Below, piece after piece: positions 30,066 to 50,763 of a DNA stretch of 64,000 nt. Below the pieces are notes generated by a model. That model worked only from the letters and a program-made list of their open reading frames with translations, did not search any database and was not told where the DNA came from. The stretch is taken from NCBI RefSeq assembly GCF_009914755.1, contig NC_060931.1, one strand, 5' to 3'. How positions within the stretch are numbered: the stretch's first letter is position 1; every line of letters begins with the position of its first letter. Made by a program: the position numbers and the translations under genes. Origin of the DNA: the human T2T-CHM13v2.0 reference genome, Homo sapiens.

Positions 30066-33000
30066 TTTATTTTTAATAAGTAAAAATTATATATATTTAT
30101 TGTATATGACACATTGTTTTGAAATATGTACACATTGTGGAATGGTGAAATTGAGCTAATTAATATATTCATTACCTCACATACTTATTTTTGTGGTGAG
30201 AACACTGAAAACACTTAAAATCTATTCTTAGCAATTTTCAGTATAATACATTGTTGTTAACTATAGTCACAATGATGCATAATAGATCTCTTGAACTTAT
30301 TCCTCCTATCTAACTGGAATTTTGTATCCTTTGACTAACACCTGCTCAACCCATACCCCTTCACTCCTGCAGTCCCTGGTAACTACCATTCTACTCTCAA
30401 CTTCTATGAATTCAGCATTTTTTTTTAATACTCCACACATAAGTGAGAACATGATCTTTCTGTGCCTGGCTTATCTCACTTAACGTAATGTCCTCCACGT
30501 TCATCTATATTACTCCAAGTGAAAAGATTTCCTTCTTTTTAAAGGCTGAATAGTATTTCATCGTGCTACATACCACATTTTCTTTATCCATTTATCTGTC
30601 GATGAACACTTAAGTTGATTCCATACACTGGCTATTGTGAATAGTGCTGCAATGACCATGGGAGTGCAATATCTCTTTGACATACTGACTTCCTTTCCTG
30701 TAAGATATAGACTCAGTAGTGGGATTGCTAGTTTAGATGATAGTTCTATTTTTAATTTTTTGAGGAACTTCCATACTGTTTTCCATAATGGCTGTACTAA
30801 TTTATATTCCCACCAACAGTGTACAGGGGTTCCTTTTCTCCACATCTCCAACACTAATTATCTTTTTTTTTTTTATAACAGCCACTCTAACAGGCATGAG
30901 GTAATATCCATATGTGGTTTTAACATGCATTTCTCTGATGATTAGTGATGTAGGGCATTTTTAAATATACCTGTTGGCCATTTGTATTTGTTCTTTTGAC
31001 AAGTATCTATTCAGAGCCTTTGCTCATTTTTTAATCAGGTTATTTGTTTTCTTACTATTGAGTTCCTGATATATTTTGGATATTAACCCCTTATCAGATG
31101 TATGGTTTGCAAATATTTTCTCCCATCCCATTAGATGTCTCATCATTCTGTTGATTGTTTCATTGGCTGTACAAAGGCTTTTTAGTTTGATGTAATCCCA
31201 TGTATCTGCTGCTTTTGCTTTTGTTGCCTGTGTTTTCAAGTTCATATCCAAAAAAATGATTGCCCAGACCAATGTCATCGAGCCTTTCCCCTATACTTTT
31301 TTCAGTAGTTTTATAGTTTCAAGTCTTACATTTAAGTCTTTAATCCAATTTTAGTTGATTTTTGTACATAGTGTGAGATGAGTCTAATTTCATTATTTTG
31401 CATGTGGATATCTTATTGTCCTAACAGCATTTATTGAAGATACTGTCCTTTTCACATCGTGTGATCTTGGCACTTCTGTCAAAAGTCAATTGACTATAAA
31501 TGCACAGATTTATTTTGGGGCTATTTCATTCTATTGGTTTATGTGTCTGTTTTTAAGCCAGTACCATACCATTTTGATTTCTTAGTTTTATAGTATATTT
31601 TAAAGTCAGACAGTGTGAGCTTCCAGGTTTGTTCATGTAGCTCAAGACTGTTTTGGCTAGTTCGGCTCCTTTGTGGTTCCATATGAATTATAGAATTTGT
31701 TTTCTATTTCTCTGAAAAATCCCATTGGAATTTTGATAGAGATTGTATTGAATCTGTAGATCACTTTGGGTAGTATGGACAATTTGACAATATTAATTAT
31801 TCTGATCCATGAGCACAAGATATCTTTCCATTTCTTCATAGAAGACATTCCATGTCTTCTTCCATTTCTTTTATCAATGTTTTATAATTGTCAGTATACA
31901 GGTCTTTCACTTCCTTGGTTAAATTTATTCCTACATATTTTTTGTAGATATTATAAATGGAATTATGTTCTTGATTTCTTTTTTGATTTTTAGATAGTTT
32001 GTTATTAATCATACTTTGTATAGAATCACTACTGATTTTGTATGTTGATTTTTTATCCTTCAACTTTACTGAATTTTTAAATTCTGTTCTTTGAAGGGAG
32101 TTTTCTATATATAAGATCATGTTGTCTCCAAACAAGGACAATTTAACTTCTTCCTTTTACTCTTGTCTAATTGCTCTGGCTAGGACTTCAGTACTGTGTT
32201 GAATAGAAGTGGTAAAAGTGGGCATCATTGTCTTGTTCCTGATCTTAGAGGAAAAGCTTTCAAGTTTTCACCATGGGGTATGATGTTAGCTTTGGGTTTG
32301 TCATAGATGGCCTTTATTGTATTGAGGTACATGCATTTTATACCTTATTTTTGGAGCATTTTTTATCATGAAAGGATGTTGAATTCTATCAAATGCTTCC
32401 TTCTGCATATATTGAGATGATCATAGGGTTTTTGTCCTTCATTCTGCTAATATGATGTATCACATTTATCAATTTGCATATGTTGAACCATCCCTGTATT
32501 CCTGGGATGAATCTCACTTGATCATGATGAATAATCTTTTATTGTGCTGCTAGATTTGGTTTGTTAGTATTCTGTTGAAGATTTTTGCATCTATGCTTCT
32601 CAGGGATATTGGTCTGTTATCTTTTTCTTGTAGTTTACTTGTCTGGCTTTGGTATCAGATAAATGCTGGCTTCATTAAATGAATTTGGAAATATTCCCTC
32701 TTCTTCAATTTTTTGTAAGAGTTTAAGAAGGATTCATATTAGTTCCTCTTTAAATGTTTAGTAGAATTCAGCAGTCAAACCATCAGGTCTTTGGCTTTTC
32801 TTTGATGGGAAACTTTTTATTTCTAATTTAATCTCTTTACCCATTATTCATCTATTCAGATGTTCTGCTTCTTCATGATTCAGTCTTGGTAGGTTATATG
32901 TAGCAAGGAATTTATTTATTTCTTCTAGGTTATCTAATTTGTTGGCATATAATTGTTTATAATGGTAGTCTTTTATGATCCTATTTCTGTGGTGTCGGTT

Positions 33001-33480
33001 ATAATGTCTCATCTTTTCTGACTTTATCTGAGTCTTCTCTCTCTCTCTTCTTAGTCTAGCTATAGATTTGTCCATTTTGTTTCTTTTTTTAAAAACAAAA
33101 AACCATTTCATTGGTCTTTCCTATTGTTTTTCTAGTCCCTATTTATTTTTGCTCTGATATTATTTTCTTCTTTCTGCTAACTCCATGCTTAGTTTGTTCT
33201 TCTTTTCCTAGTTCCTTGAAGTGTAACACTAGGTTGTGTATTTCAGAACTTGTTTTTCCTTTTTTTTCAGCCCCAGCTCAAAAGATCTTCTTTTTTGATG
33301 TAGGTGTTTATTGATATGAACTTCCCTCTTAGAACTGCTTTTGCTGCATCTGATAAGTTTTGATATGTTGTATTTCCATTTTTGTTTGTCTCAAGATATT
33401 TTTAAATTTCTGTTTTAATTTCTTTACTGACCCATTGGCTGTTCAGGAGTGTATTATTTAATTTCCATGTTCTTGTGAAT
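30066..33480 (-). mobile_element. L1MA-like element, 3' ~3.4 kb
   Basis: ORF2-like peptides in minus ORFs 30558-30854, 31024-31278, 31657-31848 and 32848-33111; L1MA 3' UTR. Confidence 0.88.
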
Positions 33481-35410
33481 ATGTCACTATTTTTCTGTTA
33501 TATTTTCCTAATTACCTACTATGCAGTCACAAAAGCAATGACTATGACATAGTTTAGGTTTTGTTAGGACAGCATCTTACTTCTGCATATCAATTTCTGT
33601 AGTTTTCAGATTTTAATGCATAACACCCTCAGACTATCAATGGCTTACAATAGCAAACATGTATTTTCTTGTTCATGAATCTGAAGGTCAGCAGTGGCTC
33701 TACTGAACTAATCAGAAATCAGCCAAACTTAGCTCCTAATTGTGGGTTGGGTTCAGGTTTATTTCACCTTTCTTTCTTCACCTAGACCAGCAGCCAGCTA
33801 GGGCATATTTTGCTCATGGCCAATCACAAGAGTTCAAGAGGGCAAGACAAACCATGCAAATCTATTTAAAGCCTCTGATTAACATTCCACTGGCCAAATT
33901 AAGACATATGTCCAAATTCAACATCAATGGGGTGGGGAAGGATAATTATATAATAGTGAACATTTAGGAACAATCCAGGGGTATCTTTTCCCAGGCCAGG
34001 AGTACTAAAAGTGCAGTGGCCCTGAGGAAGGAGCATATCTGTCATTTTCTAGGAAGACCAAGGAAGCTAATGTGGCTAGAGAAGAATTAACAAGAAGAAC
34101 AATGGTAAAACATGAAATCAGATAGGCTTTGAAGGTTGCAGGAGCAGGTCATGTAAAGCCTGGTAGGCTTCGGACTTCAGTTTTTGCTCTGAGTTTGGAG
34201 ATCTTTGATCAGAGGAATGACATGATCTGCCTCAAGTGGTTAGTAGGGTCACCTTGGCTGTTGTGTTAAGAGTACAATGATGACCCATAAGGGAGACCAA
34301 TTAGGGGGCTCTTATAATAACCCAGGCAAGATAAAAGTGGTGGCTGCACCAAGGTGATACTAGTAGAGGGAATGAGAAGTGATTAGATTTTAGATATATT
34401 TTCAAGATAGTGTTAAGAGAATTTGCTGATGACATGTTTATAAGATTGAAAAATAGAAAGGAAAGAAGGTGGTCTCCAGAATTTGGGACCTGAGCATCTG
34501 GAGATTAGAGTTTCCATTCCATGAGGACAATGGTAAAATAGTTAACTTAATTTTGTTCTCTAGCTACTAAACCATATTTTGAAGATGTATTAGGACTCTC
34601 TCCATTGCAAGAGGCAAAAAATCCTTCCAAAATGGCTTAGTCAAAAGGGAAATTTGTTGGATTACTAAATAAAAAGTCTAGGGACAAGGCTGGCTTTTGT
34701 CATGGCTTAAATGAGGGGCTCAGATGATGTCATTAAGATCCTGGAGGGTTTTTTCTCCTGCTTTCATCTCATTTCTGCCTTTTCTTGGTTGGTTCCATTC
34801 TCAGACAGACTTTCTTCTCTTGGTGTTAAAATGACCATAGAAATCCAGCCTCACATCCTCACTATACTAAGTCTGGTTGAGACATCCTCCTATATAGTAG
34901 TTCTCTCAAAAATGCAGATATTGACATTTTTAACAAAGAGGTGAAAGATCTGTTCAGTGAAAACTGTAAAATGTTCATGAAATTGAAGACACAAATAAAT
35001 GGAAAGTATTTTGTGTTCGTGAATCAGAAGAATTAATATTGTCAAAATGTCTATACTACCCAAAGCTCTCTACAAATTCAATGCAATACCTATTTCAATG
35101 ACATTTTTCACAGAAATAGAACAAACAGTACTAAAATTTGTATAGAACCACAAAAGAGCCTGAATAGCTAAAGCAAACTTGAGCAAGAACAACAAAGCTG
35201 GAGGCATCACACTTCCTGATTTTAAAATATGTTACAAAGCTACAATAACCAAAAGTATATGATACTGGCATATGAACAGACACACAGCACAATGGAGCAA
35301 AATAGAAAGCCCAGAAGTAAAACCATGCATATACAGTCAGCTGATCTTTGACAAGGGTGCTAAGAATACACAATGAAGAAAGGATAGTCTCTTGAAAAAA
35401 TAGTGTTGGT

Positions 35411-35703
35411 GGCTGAGTGTGGTGGCTCACACCTGTAATCCCAACACTTTCAGAGGCCAAGGCAGGAGAATCACTTGAGCTTAGGAGTTCGAGACCAGCC
35501 TGGGCAACAGAGTGAGACCCCACCTCTACAAAAAATAAGAAAATTATCCGGGCATGGTGGCTCACGCCTATAGTCCCAGCTTCTCAGGAGGCTGAGGTGG
35601 GAGGATCAATGAGCCTGGGAGGTCAAGGCTGCAGTAAGTCATGATTGGGCCACTGCACTCGAGCCTGAGCAACAGAATGAGACCCTGTATCAAAGAAACA
35701 AAA
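35411..35703 (+). mobile_element. Alu (AluJ-like)
   Basis: gagcctgggaggtcaaggctgcagt; approximate TSD aaaatagtgttgg/aaaatggtgttgg. Confidence 0.93.
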
Positions 35704-36551
35704 ATGGTGTTGGGAAACTGGATATATACATAAAACAGAATGAAATTGGACCTTTATACTACACACAAAAAGTCAACTGAAGATGGGCTAAACACTTAAA
35801 CGTAAGACCTGAAACCATAAAACTCCTAGAAGAAACATAGGGGAAAGCACCATGACATTGATCTTGACAATAATTTCACGGCTATAACACCAAAAGCATA
35901 GACAACAAAAACAAACTTAAACAAGTGGGACTATAACAAACTAAAAAGCTTCTGTACAACCAAGAAAATATTTAATAGCAGGAAAAGGCCACCTATGGAA
36001 TAGAAGAAAATACTTGCAAATCATATATCTGAATAGGGGGTAATCTCCAAAATTTTTAAGGAACTCCTACAACTTAATAGCAAAAGAACCCACTAAGCTG
36101 ATTTTAAAATGGGCTAAGTACTTGAATAGACATTTCTCCAAGGAAGACATATAAATGGCCAACAATTATATGAAAAGTTGTTCAACATCACTAATCATCA
36201 GAGAAATTCAAATCAAAACCACAATGAGATATCATCTCACACCTGCTTGGTCAAAAAATTAAAAAATTGTGTTTGCAAGGATGTGGAGAAAATGAAGCCT
36301 TTATACATTGTCAGTGAGAATGTAAATTGGTACAGCAATTATGGAAAACAATATGGAGTTTCCTCAAAAAAATTTAAAAGTGAATTACCATATGATACAG
36401 TAATCACCCTTCTGGTATTTATCCAAAAGAATGGAAATCCAGATGCTAAAGAGATATTAGCATTCCCATGTTTATTGCAGTACTATTCACAATAGCCAAG
36501 ATGCAGAAACAAGTGTCTATCAATGGATGAATGGATAAAAAAGATGAGGGG

Positions 36552-42756
<6,205 letters not shown>

Positions 42757-42986
42757 AAAAAAGATGAGGGGTGTGTGTATGTGTATGTGTGTGTACATAC
42801 TGGAATATCATTTAGTCTTTGAACCTGGAGGACATTATGCCCCGTAAAATAAGCCAAACACAGAAAGACAAATATTACATGATCTCACTTTTATGTGAAA
42901 TCTAAAAAAGTGGACCTAATAGAGAATAGAAGGGTCATTACCAGGGGTCGGGGAGATGTTAGTCAAGGGTATAAACTTGCAGTTGT

Positions 42987-43275
42987 AGCCGGGCATGGTG
43001 GCTCATGCCTGTAATCCCAGCACTATGGGAGGCCGATGCAGGTGGATCACGAGGTCAGAAGTTCAAGACCAGCCTGGCCAACATAGTAAAACCCCGTCTC
43101 TACTAAAAATACAAAAAAAAATTAGCTGGGTGTGGTGGTGGGTGCCCGTAATCCCAGCTACGTGGGAGGCTGAGGCAAGGAAAATCACTTGAACTTGGGA
43201 AGTGCAGGTTGCAGTGAGTTGAGACTGTGCCACTGCACTCCAGCCCACGTGACAGTGCAAGACTCCGTCTCAAAA

Positions 43276-43312
<37 letters not shown>
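42987..43312 (+). mobile_element. Alu (AluS-like) with (TAAA)n tail
   Basis: Alu dimer followed by ~10 AAAT units; approximate TSD cttgcagtt on both sides. Confidence 0.94.
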
Positions 43313-43314
<2 letters not shown>

Positions 43315-43332
43315 ACCTTGCAGTTTTAAGAG

Positions 43333-43771
43333 TGTAGTAGGAATTGCCGCAGACAAAACCCCTCAGACACCAAGTTAAAGAAGGAAGGGGTTTATTCAGC
43401 TGGGAGCATTGGCAAGACTCCTGTCTCAAGAGCCGAGCTCCCCGAGTGAGCAATTCCTGTCCCTTTTAAGGGCTCACATCTCTAAGGGGGTCTGCATGAT
43501 AGGGTCATGACCGATTGAGCAAGCAGGGGGTACGTGACTGGGGGCTACATACACCGGTAATTAGAAAGAAACTGAACAGGACAGGGATCTTCACAGTGCC
43601 TTTTTTATGCAAATAAGCGATTAGGTCAGGGGTCGATCTTTAACTACCAGGCCCAGGGTGCGGCGCCAGGCTGTTTGCTTGTGGATTTCATTTCTGCCTT
43701 TTAGTTTTTACTTCTTTCTTTGGAGGCAGAAATTGGGCATAAGACAATATGAGGGGTGGTCTCCTCCCTTA
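43333..43771 (-). mobile_element. Solo ERV1 LTR, LTR2 (HERV-E)-like
   Basis: Reverse complement begins TAAGGGAGGAGACCACCCCTCATATTGTCTTATGCCCAATTTCTGCCTCC and ends ...CTACA; AATAAA on minus at 43391-43396. Confidence 0.8.
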
Positions 43772-44799
43772 AGATGAATACATTTTGAAGACCTAATGTA
43801 CAATGTGGTGACTATAGTTAATAATATTGTATTGTATACTTGAAATTTGCTAAGAGAATGGGTCTTAAGTATTCTCATCACGAAAAGCAAAATAAGTGGT
43901 AACTATGTGAGGTGATACGTGTGTTAATTAGCTTGATTGTGGTAATAATTTCAAAATGTATACTTAAAACATCATGTACACCTTAAATATATACAATTTT
44001 TATTTGTCAGTTTAGACCTCAATAAAGCTAGAGGGAAAAAAGCAAAGATGATTCTTATCAGGCTGGTTTAGACATGTGTCAACCCATAAATCACTCACTG
44101 TGACTAACAGGATAGACTGTGCTGATTGGCATCAGCCTGGGTTATTTGACAAACCCTCATAGCATTCACCCAGACTTCAAGAACTGAGAGTGGGTAGGAT
44201 TAAATTCTCTAACAAAATTTAAGACAGTTGCCAGAAGAAGAGGGAATGGGTTCTGGGGACATGAACAACAAATTTGGACAAAGTCCAAATTCAAAAAAAT
44301 TTTAAACAATCACATAGCACAAGAACAAGTGTTTTACCTCCTCCCATATTCTCTCCTGTGCCATCACATTCTCCCTTTCCCTCCATTTGCCAATCTTTCC
44401 CTCTCTCCTCTCTCCACTCTCAATACTTTAAAGGATTATACTCAAATATTCCTGTGGGTTTGTTAAAATACCATGCAAGTCTTTATTTCACAAACACCTC
44501 CTCTTTCCAAGTTATGTATATCAGGACACTCATGGATAAATATTCATACCCATGCCCACAATTCAGGCAGTTATGCATACACACACACCCTCTGGAGTAA
44601 AAAATAACAGTAAAAAGAACAAGTTTGTATTCTGTGTGGTCATTTTCAAAAACTAAATGAATCCCTACAATGGTCAGATATTGATTATGTGCCGTATTTT
44701 GAGTATAGGCATCTTTATCAAGATATTTTTCTAGCATTATAAAAATGTTAACTTTTAAAGAATAAACAGATGAAACATAATACCAATTAAATTCTAACT

Positions 44800-45665
44800 T
44801 TTAAAAATTAAACTTTTAATTTTGATTAACTTGCTGTTGTAAGAAATAATTCAGAGAGATGCCAGGGACCCTGTTTTCTGTTTCCCCTAATGGTAACATC
44901 TTACAAAATTACAGTGCCATGTTACAATAAGGCTATTTATATTCATGCAGTCAAAATGCTGACCATTTCCATGATCATAAGGATCCCTCATATTGCCCTC
45001 TTAAAGCCATACCCACTCCCTCCTGTCCTTACCTTGCAGTTATCCCCTGGCAACCACAAATCTGTTCCGCATTTCTGTAAATGTATCATTCACAAATGTT
45101 TTTTCACATCCCTGTGAAATCACACAATATGTAACGTGCTGGGATTGGCTTTTATCAGTTGGCATACTTCTTGGAATACTTATCCCCCACCCCCAAGTTG
45201 ATGCATACATCCATAGTTTCTTCCTTTTTATTTCTGTGCAGTATTCCGTGATATGGATTTACCACAGCCTATTTAACCATTCACCTGTTGAAGAACATGT
45301 GGGTTGTTTTCAGTTTGGGGCCATTATGAACATAACATTAGTGTACAGGTTTATGTGAAATAAGTCTTCATTTCCCTGAGATAAAAACCCAGGAGTTCAA
45401 TTGGTAGGTGGTATGGTAGTTATGGTACATACATGTTTAATTCTTTAATTGACTGCCAAACTGTTTTCCAAAATGGATGTACAATTTTCCCTTCCCAAGA
45501 ACAGTTTATGAGTAATCCGTTTTCTGTGCATCCTCACCAAAATTTGGTATTGTCACTATTTTCTATTTTAGCCATTCTGACAAGTGCGTTATCTCATTGT
45601 GGTTTTAATTTGCATTTCCATAACAGTTAAACGATGTTGAATATCTTTTCACATGCTTATTTGCC
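44800..45665 (-). mobile_element. Old L1MC/ME-like 3' end fragment
   Basis: ccctggcaaccacaaatctgttc...tctcattgtggttttaatttgcatttcc. Confidence 0.7.
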
Positions 45666-46199
45666 TGGCCCCCTGCTTAGCCTTCACTGACACTACCTTG
45701 AAAAAGGGGTTGGTGCGCTCCCACTGGGCTTGTGTTGGCATGGGTGGGTGTGGGAATCACAGTCATTTCTGTGGTGTTAGGCTGGAGTAGAACAGTTAAC
45801 TATCTAAAAGGTTTTGGTCTCTTTAGGCTGTCCTTCTCCTGGTCCTTGGGCTAGAAGGAACAGGCTTATGTAGGGATTTTTTTAAATTGCATTCACTGGC
45901 ATTTCTGGGTTGCTGGCCTCTCCAGCTTTAAAGCGAGAATATATGAAGCAAAAAGAAAACCCAGTGAACTCATCATCATGCCACTCTTCTGGCCTTGAAC
46001 TCCCTAGCTAGTCTGTCTTCTCCTTTCCATCTTTTAGAGCTTCTTATATGATACCCAGAATTTTTGGTTGTACTTAGTGGGAGGAATAAAGTACTTCTCA
46101 TCTTCTTAGAAGTGGGAATCTCGAAACAATTTCATGTCTGCATATGTACTCTTTGATATGTTGATTAAATATTGATTTTAAGTATGATTCTTTTACTAG

Positions 46200-46271
46200 A
46201 AAAAACATTTGAAAACAAAGAAGGAAAGGAATTCTACCATAGCAAGCCACCAAAATGCCAGAGGACAAGAG
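46200..46271 (+). CDS. AGBL3: AGBL3 coding exon (72 nt), basic patch
   Basis: ttttactAG acceptor, GAG|GTaaat donor. KKHLKTKKERNSTIASHQNARGQE, phase 0-0. Confidence 0.87.
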
Positions 46272-47411
46272 GTAAATCTTCATTAATCTAGTTATTAAGG
46301 TTTTTTTAAATGAATGAAAGAGAATGGCAAGTTATTTTCTCTTATACTTCTTATACCCGAATTTTCCCCCAGGAGAAGTTAAAATTTTGTTCATATTATC
46401 TACTGTTTATAAAAACACAAAAGATCTTTGACAGATGAGAGGTGGGCCTCATTAAGATGCCATATTTAAATTTCATTTATACTTTTACCTTACTCTAAAA
46501 AGTATTTGAGGAAGCTTACAAAGATGCATCCAGGGTAGCAAGAATAAAGAAATTAAAACTAAGAAAAATTAACTGGGAATATAAGGGTATAAAAATAAAA
46601 ACTAGTACTGAAACATCAGCTTCTACCATGACAACAGGAAGAGCTCTGCAAACCCATTCACCAGCAAAACTAGTGAAATTATCCACAACAACAACAACAA
46701 ACAACAACAGATATTTAAAGTCTCTGAAATGGTCTTAAGGTTATACAGCAAATGAAACAAAAATTTATTCAAGAAAGTCTACTAAAATTCATTAAAAACT
46801 GTGAGAGCCTGTGGTATTTCAATCAAGACTGCCTCTTCCTCTACCCCCACCCGACTCTGCAGCTCGGTAAGACAGAAACTCCACACTAGTGTAGACAAGA
46901 AATTAGGGCTCCCTCTCCCCAGAGCTACCAAAGGGCTATCCCAGGAGGGGGAGGATATCAGTATGTCTTATTCTTCCCCCTGCTGTCTGTTGCTAACTCA
47001 GGTGAGTGCGGACAAGAGATGGGGGCTCCCTTCCTCTCCCAGTCCCCGTACATGAGACAGAGGCTCTACTTCAGGTGCTCCACCACTGAGCATTCTTGGG
47101 CTCTGCTTGCCCTTATCTTGGTTTGTAAAATGATGGTTCCACACTGGGAGAGGCAAATGGAGGAAACCTAAGTCTACTGCCTCCCCTCCACCTACAGTTC
47201 ATCTCCTAAAGCAGGGTATCACTTGGAGGGAAGAGTGCCATTTCCTCCATCCCCAGCTCATAAGCCATAGCTTATAAATTTTGCCCTGATGAAAAACTAG
47301 GTCACAAAACAGATAGCTCCTAATCTTTTCCAGAAAAAGAGAAGTTAAGCTTAAGGACAGTCTCAAAAGCAGTGCAATTATGGCTTAAAAAAAAATTCTG
47401 GAGGACAAATA

Positions 47412-47822
47412 TATTACTGGTGGAAGTTATCTTACCAGCAGCAAATCCGTACAGGTCTGCAGCAACATCAATTCTTGCCTTCCACTCCTGCCCTAAAACT
47501 TGCCTCAGTCTCTTTTTCTGCCTTATGCCCCTGAGTCAAATCTTAAAACGTTCACATACCAGTTAAACTCGGCCATTTTGTTTCTTAATGCGCATGCTCG
47601 AGCTCACTCCTGAGATCTCATCAGGAAGCGGCTGATCACCAGTCTCAGGTGTTTCCTATCTGTAGAAAGACTGCCTTTCCCTGCTGCTGGCTGCAACCAA
47701 TTATTATTTTAGAGAGACAGTTAACAACCGCCTGACCATCACCTGATGCCTGACATTCCTGGTGGGGTTTTGGTGGAGCCCTCTCCTGCCCACTGATGCC
47801 TGATTAGCTACCTACTGCAACA
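47412..47822 (-). mobile_element. ERV1 solo LTR (MER50-like), internally rearranged
   Basis: aatccgtacaggtctgcagcaacatcaattcttgcct...ccctctcctgccc...ctacctactgcaaca; family and strand from memory. Confidence 0.6.
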
Positions 47823-49206
47823 ACACTGGTAGATTCATTGGAGCTACAAGCTAAACTGAATACTGACTAGTTTTCCAGAGAGAACTGGAGAAAGAGACAG
47901 CTAGGAGGAGCCTTACTGGAGTCAGAAAAAATCTTAAACACTGACCTCTGCAACTATCCTTTTGAAGAAGTTTGACTGGATTAGTCTGAAGAGCAGAGCT
48001 GAATGTGGTCAGGGAAAGAGACAGAGAGCCCTGCCTTAGCACTGTCATCCCAAGTGAATGTGGATATACCTAAGTCTGTACCCCTGAGGACCAACATCAG
48101 AGGCTTAGTACTGCAGGGAGCAGAGATGGCTATAAAGGAGTAATGCTCCTTTTCCTCTGCTCTCTCTTCTAGAATTACATTATTTCAGGAATGTAATATG
48201 AATAGGAATTAAAATTTTATTTATGGTAAACAAATCCTCTAATTGATACCCCTGTGTTAAGTCATTTGCAGGACCCAATAACCAAAATAGGTTTTTGTTA
48301 GGGGATTTTTTTTTAATGTATATATTGCAAGACACATATTTATTTAGTTCTCATAAATATATCCACAGAGTGGTTTTCCTCACGTATCCAAGCTACATTT
48401 AATGTAAAATATTATAAATCCCTTTATATTAAATGCTCATGTATTTGCGTCTTTCTTGATTGGAGCTTTTAAAATTGTATGAAATCATTATATTTAATGT
48501 TAGATACTTCCAAATGGAAAATAATCTTCATTTGGTCAAATGCTTTGAGAAAGTTGCATACATTCTAAGTGTGCCCATAAGCTAATAGCAGATTGTGGTC
48601 ACTTACCTTGAAATTCCTACTCCTCTTTCACAAAAAGAGTGAACAATCTCACTTTCACTCAGGTAAATGGCTGAGGGCAACTTAAATTCATGCTCTCGAA
48701 CTGACTATTTCTTACTTGGTTTGCTTATAAGAAGACATCAATACATCCCTAAAATAATATTGGCAAATTATTTTAAAAATATTTCAGTTAACTTTGTTTC
48801 CCACCAAGACATTCTTACTTGTTGATTCTGAAGAATTTCAGCACAAACAATTATATATTACTGTGGTCAGAAATTGTAGCTCATGTACATAAGATCACTG
48901 ACCTGGTGATATTTTTCTGTAGGATTGAATGTAACAGTTTATTATGGTTCACAGAATCATTTCACTTAAGAGATGGGAGCTAAAAATGACAAGAGTTTAT
49001 CAAATCAAGTCTTACTAATTTTCTTCAGCCTGATTTCACTCCTTGTCTTGCTAGTGATTGCATAATATCACTACTTTTAAATTTGTGTAATTTTTTCTAG
49101 AATGTTTCTTCCTTTCTTCAATAATCAAATTTTGATTTTTACAGTTTTCTCCCATTTTCATACTGATTTTGCCCATTTTTTTGCTGCCAATCAATTATAT
49201 ATATGA

Positions 49207-49671
<465 letters not shown>

Positions 49672-50003
49672 TAATTTAAATAAGTGAGATTATAAGAATA
49701 CCATTTTTTTGTCTCTTTCTCATTATAAATACATTCTATGTGATGTGGAAAATTTTTAAGCCCCCTTTACTGCCAAAATATAGTATCAATATTTTCTTCT
49801 ACTCATTGATGCAGGAGAAAAGTAGCGTAGGGAAAAATATTAGAAGACTCTGATTTATAAGATAATTTTGGTCATTCTAAACCTGTAAGGATGAAATGAG
49901 AAATATTTGTTAAAAATGCACAATACCATAAATCATATAGGAAATATACCCCATTTCATGTTGATAAAATAGCATTGTTTTCTTTGATTCTACATTCCAT
50001 TAG

Positions 50004-50061
50004 GTTTATGATAGAGGGCATTTGCTGCAAAGACACACACAATCAAATTCTGATGTGAAAG
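50004..50061 (+). CDS. AGBL3: AGBL3 coding exon (58 nt)
   Basis: ccattAG acceptor, AAG|GTaata donor. VYDRGHLLQRHTQSNSDVK, phase 0-1. Confidence 0.82.
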
Positions 50062-50743
50062 GTAATATTCTGCTTCTACCTTCTCATAAACAATTAATTC
50101 ATTTACTCAACTAAGAATTTTTGGTGCCACAACTTTGAGGTTGCCACTGTGCTTGGTGCTAGGGATATTAAATGTATATGATACCATTTCTTCCCTGCAG
50201 GACCTCATCCTTTAATCAGGAAAGAAACAACAACAATCCAAGCGCAGTGTCATAGACACAATGCCAGTAGTCTGTTCAGGGTTCCCAGGGAGCAGAGAGA
50301 AAGGAGTGGTCAATTACATTGGAGAATAGAGAGGTCCACGTATTTCAGGGCTATCCCTAAGGTTTTGAAAGGCTTGCCCCCAAAGGGAAAGGCATTTATG
50401 TTTTAAAACCCATCTTTTCCCTCTCATTTTGTAATTTAGTAGAAGATGAGCCCAGGAGAGAAATTAATTCATAGACTGTTCATTGGCTTCTACTGCAACC
50501 TGCTAAGTCTGATGTGAATCTTTAACTGACTCTCTAGCATCTCTGTTTTTTTTTTTTTTTTCTTAATTCTGTCATTTTATCTTTAGTTGAGGTCCTTTGG
50601 CAGGGGGAATCATATAATTTAAGCAATATTTTGATTTTATCTAAAATACCTAATTTTTTATGTGTGTGTGTATATATATATATATTAATTTATTGTACAT
50701 TTTTATCTACCTATTTCCCAAAAGGATTTGAGGTAACCTAATT

Positions 50744-50763
50744 ACACACACACACACACACAC
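50744..50763. repeat. (AC)n microsatellite
   Basis: Direct reading. Confidence 0.9.
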
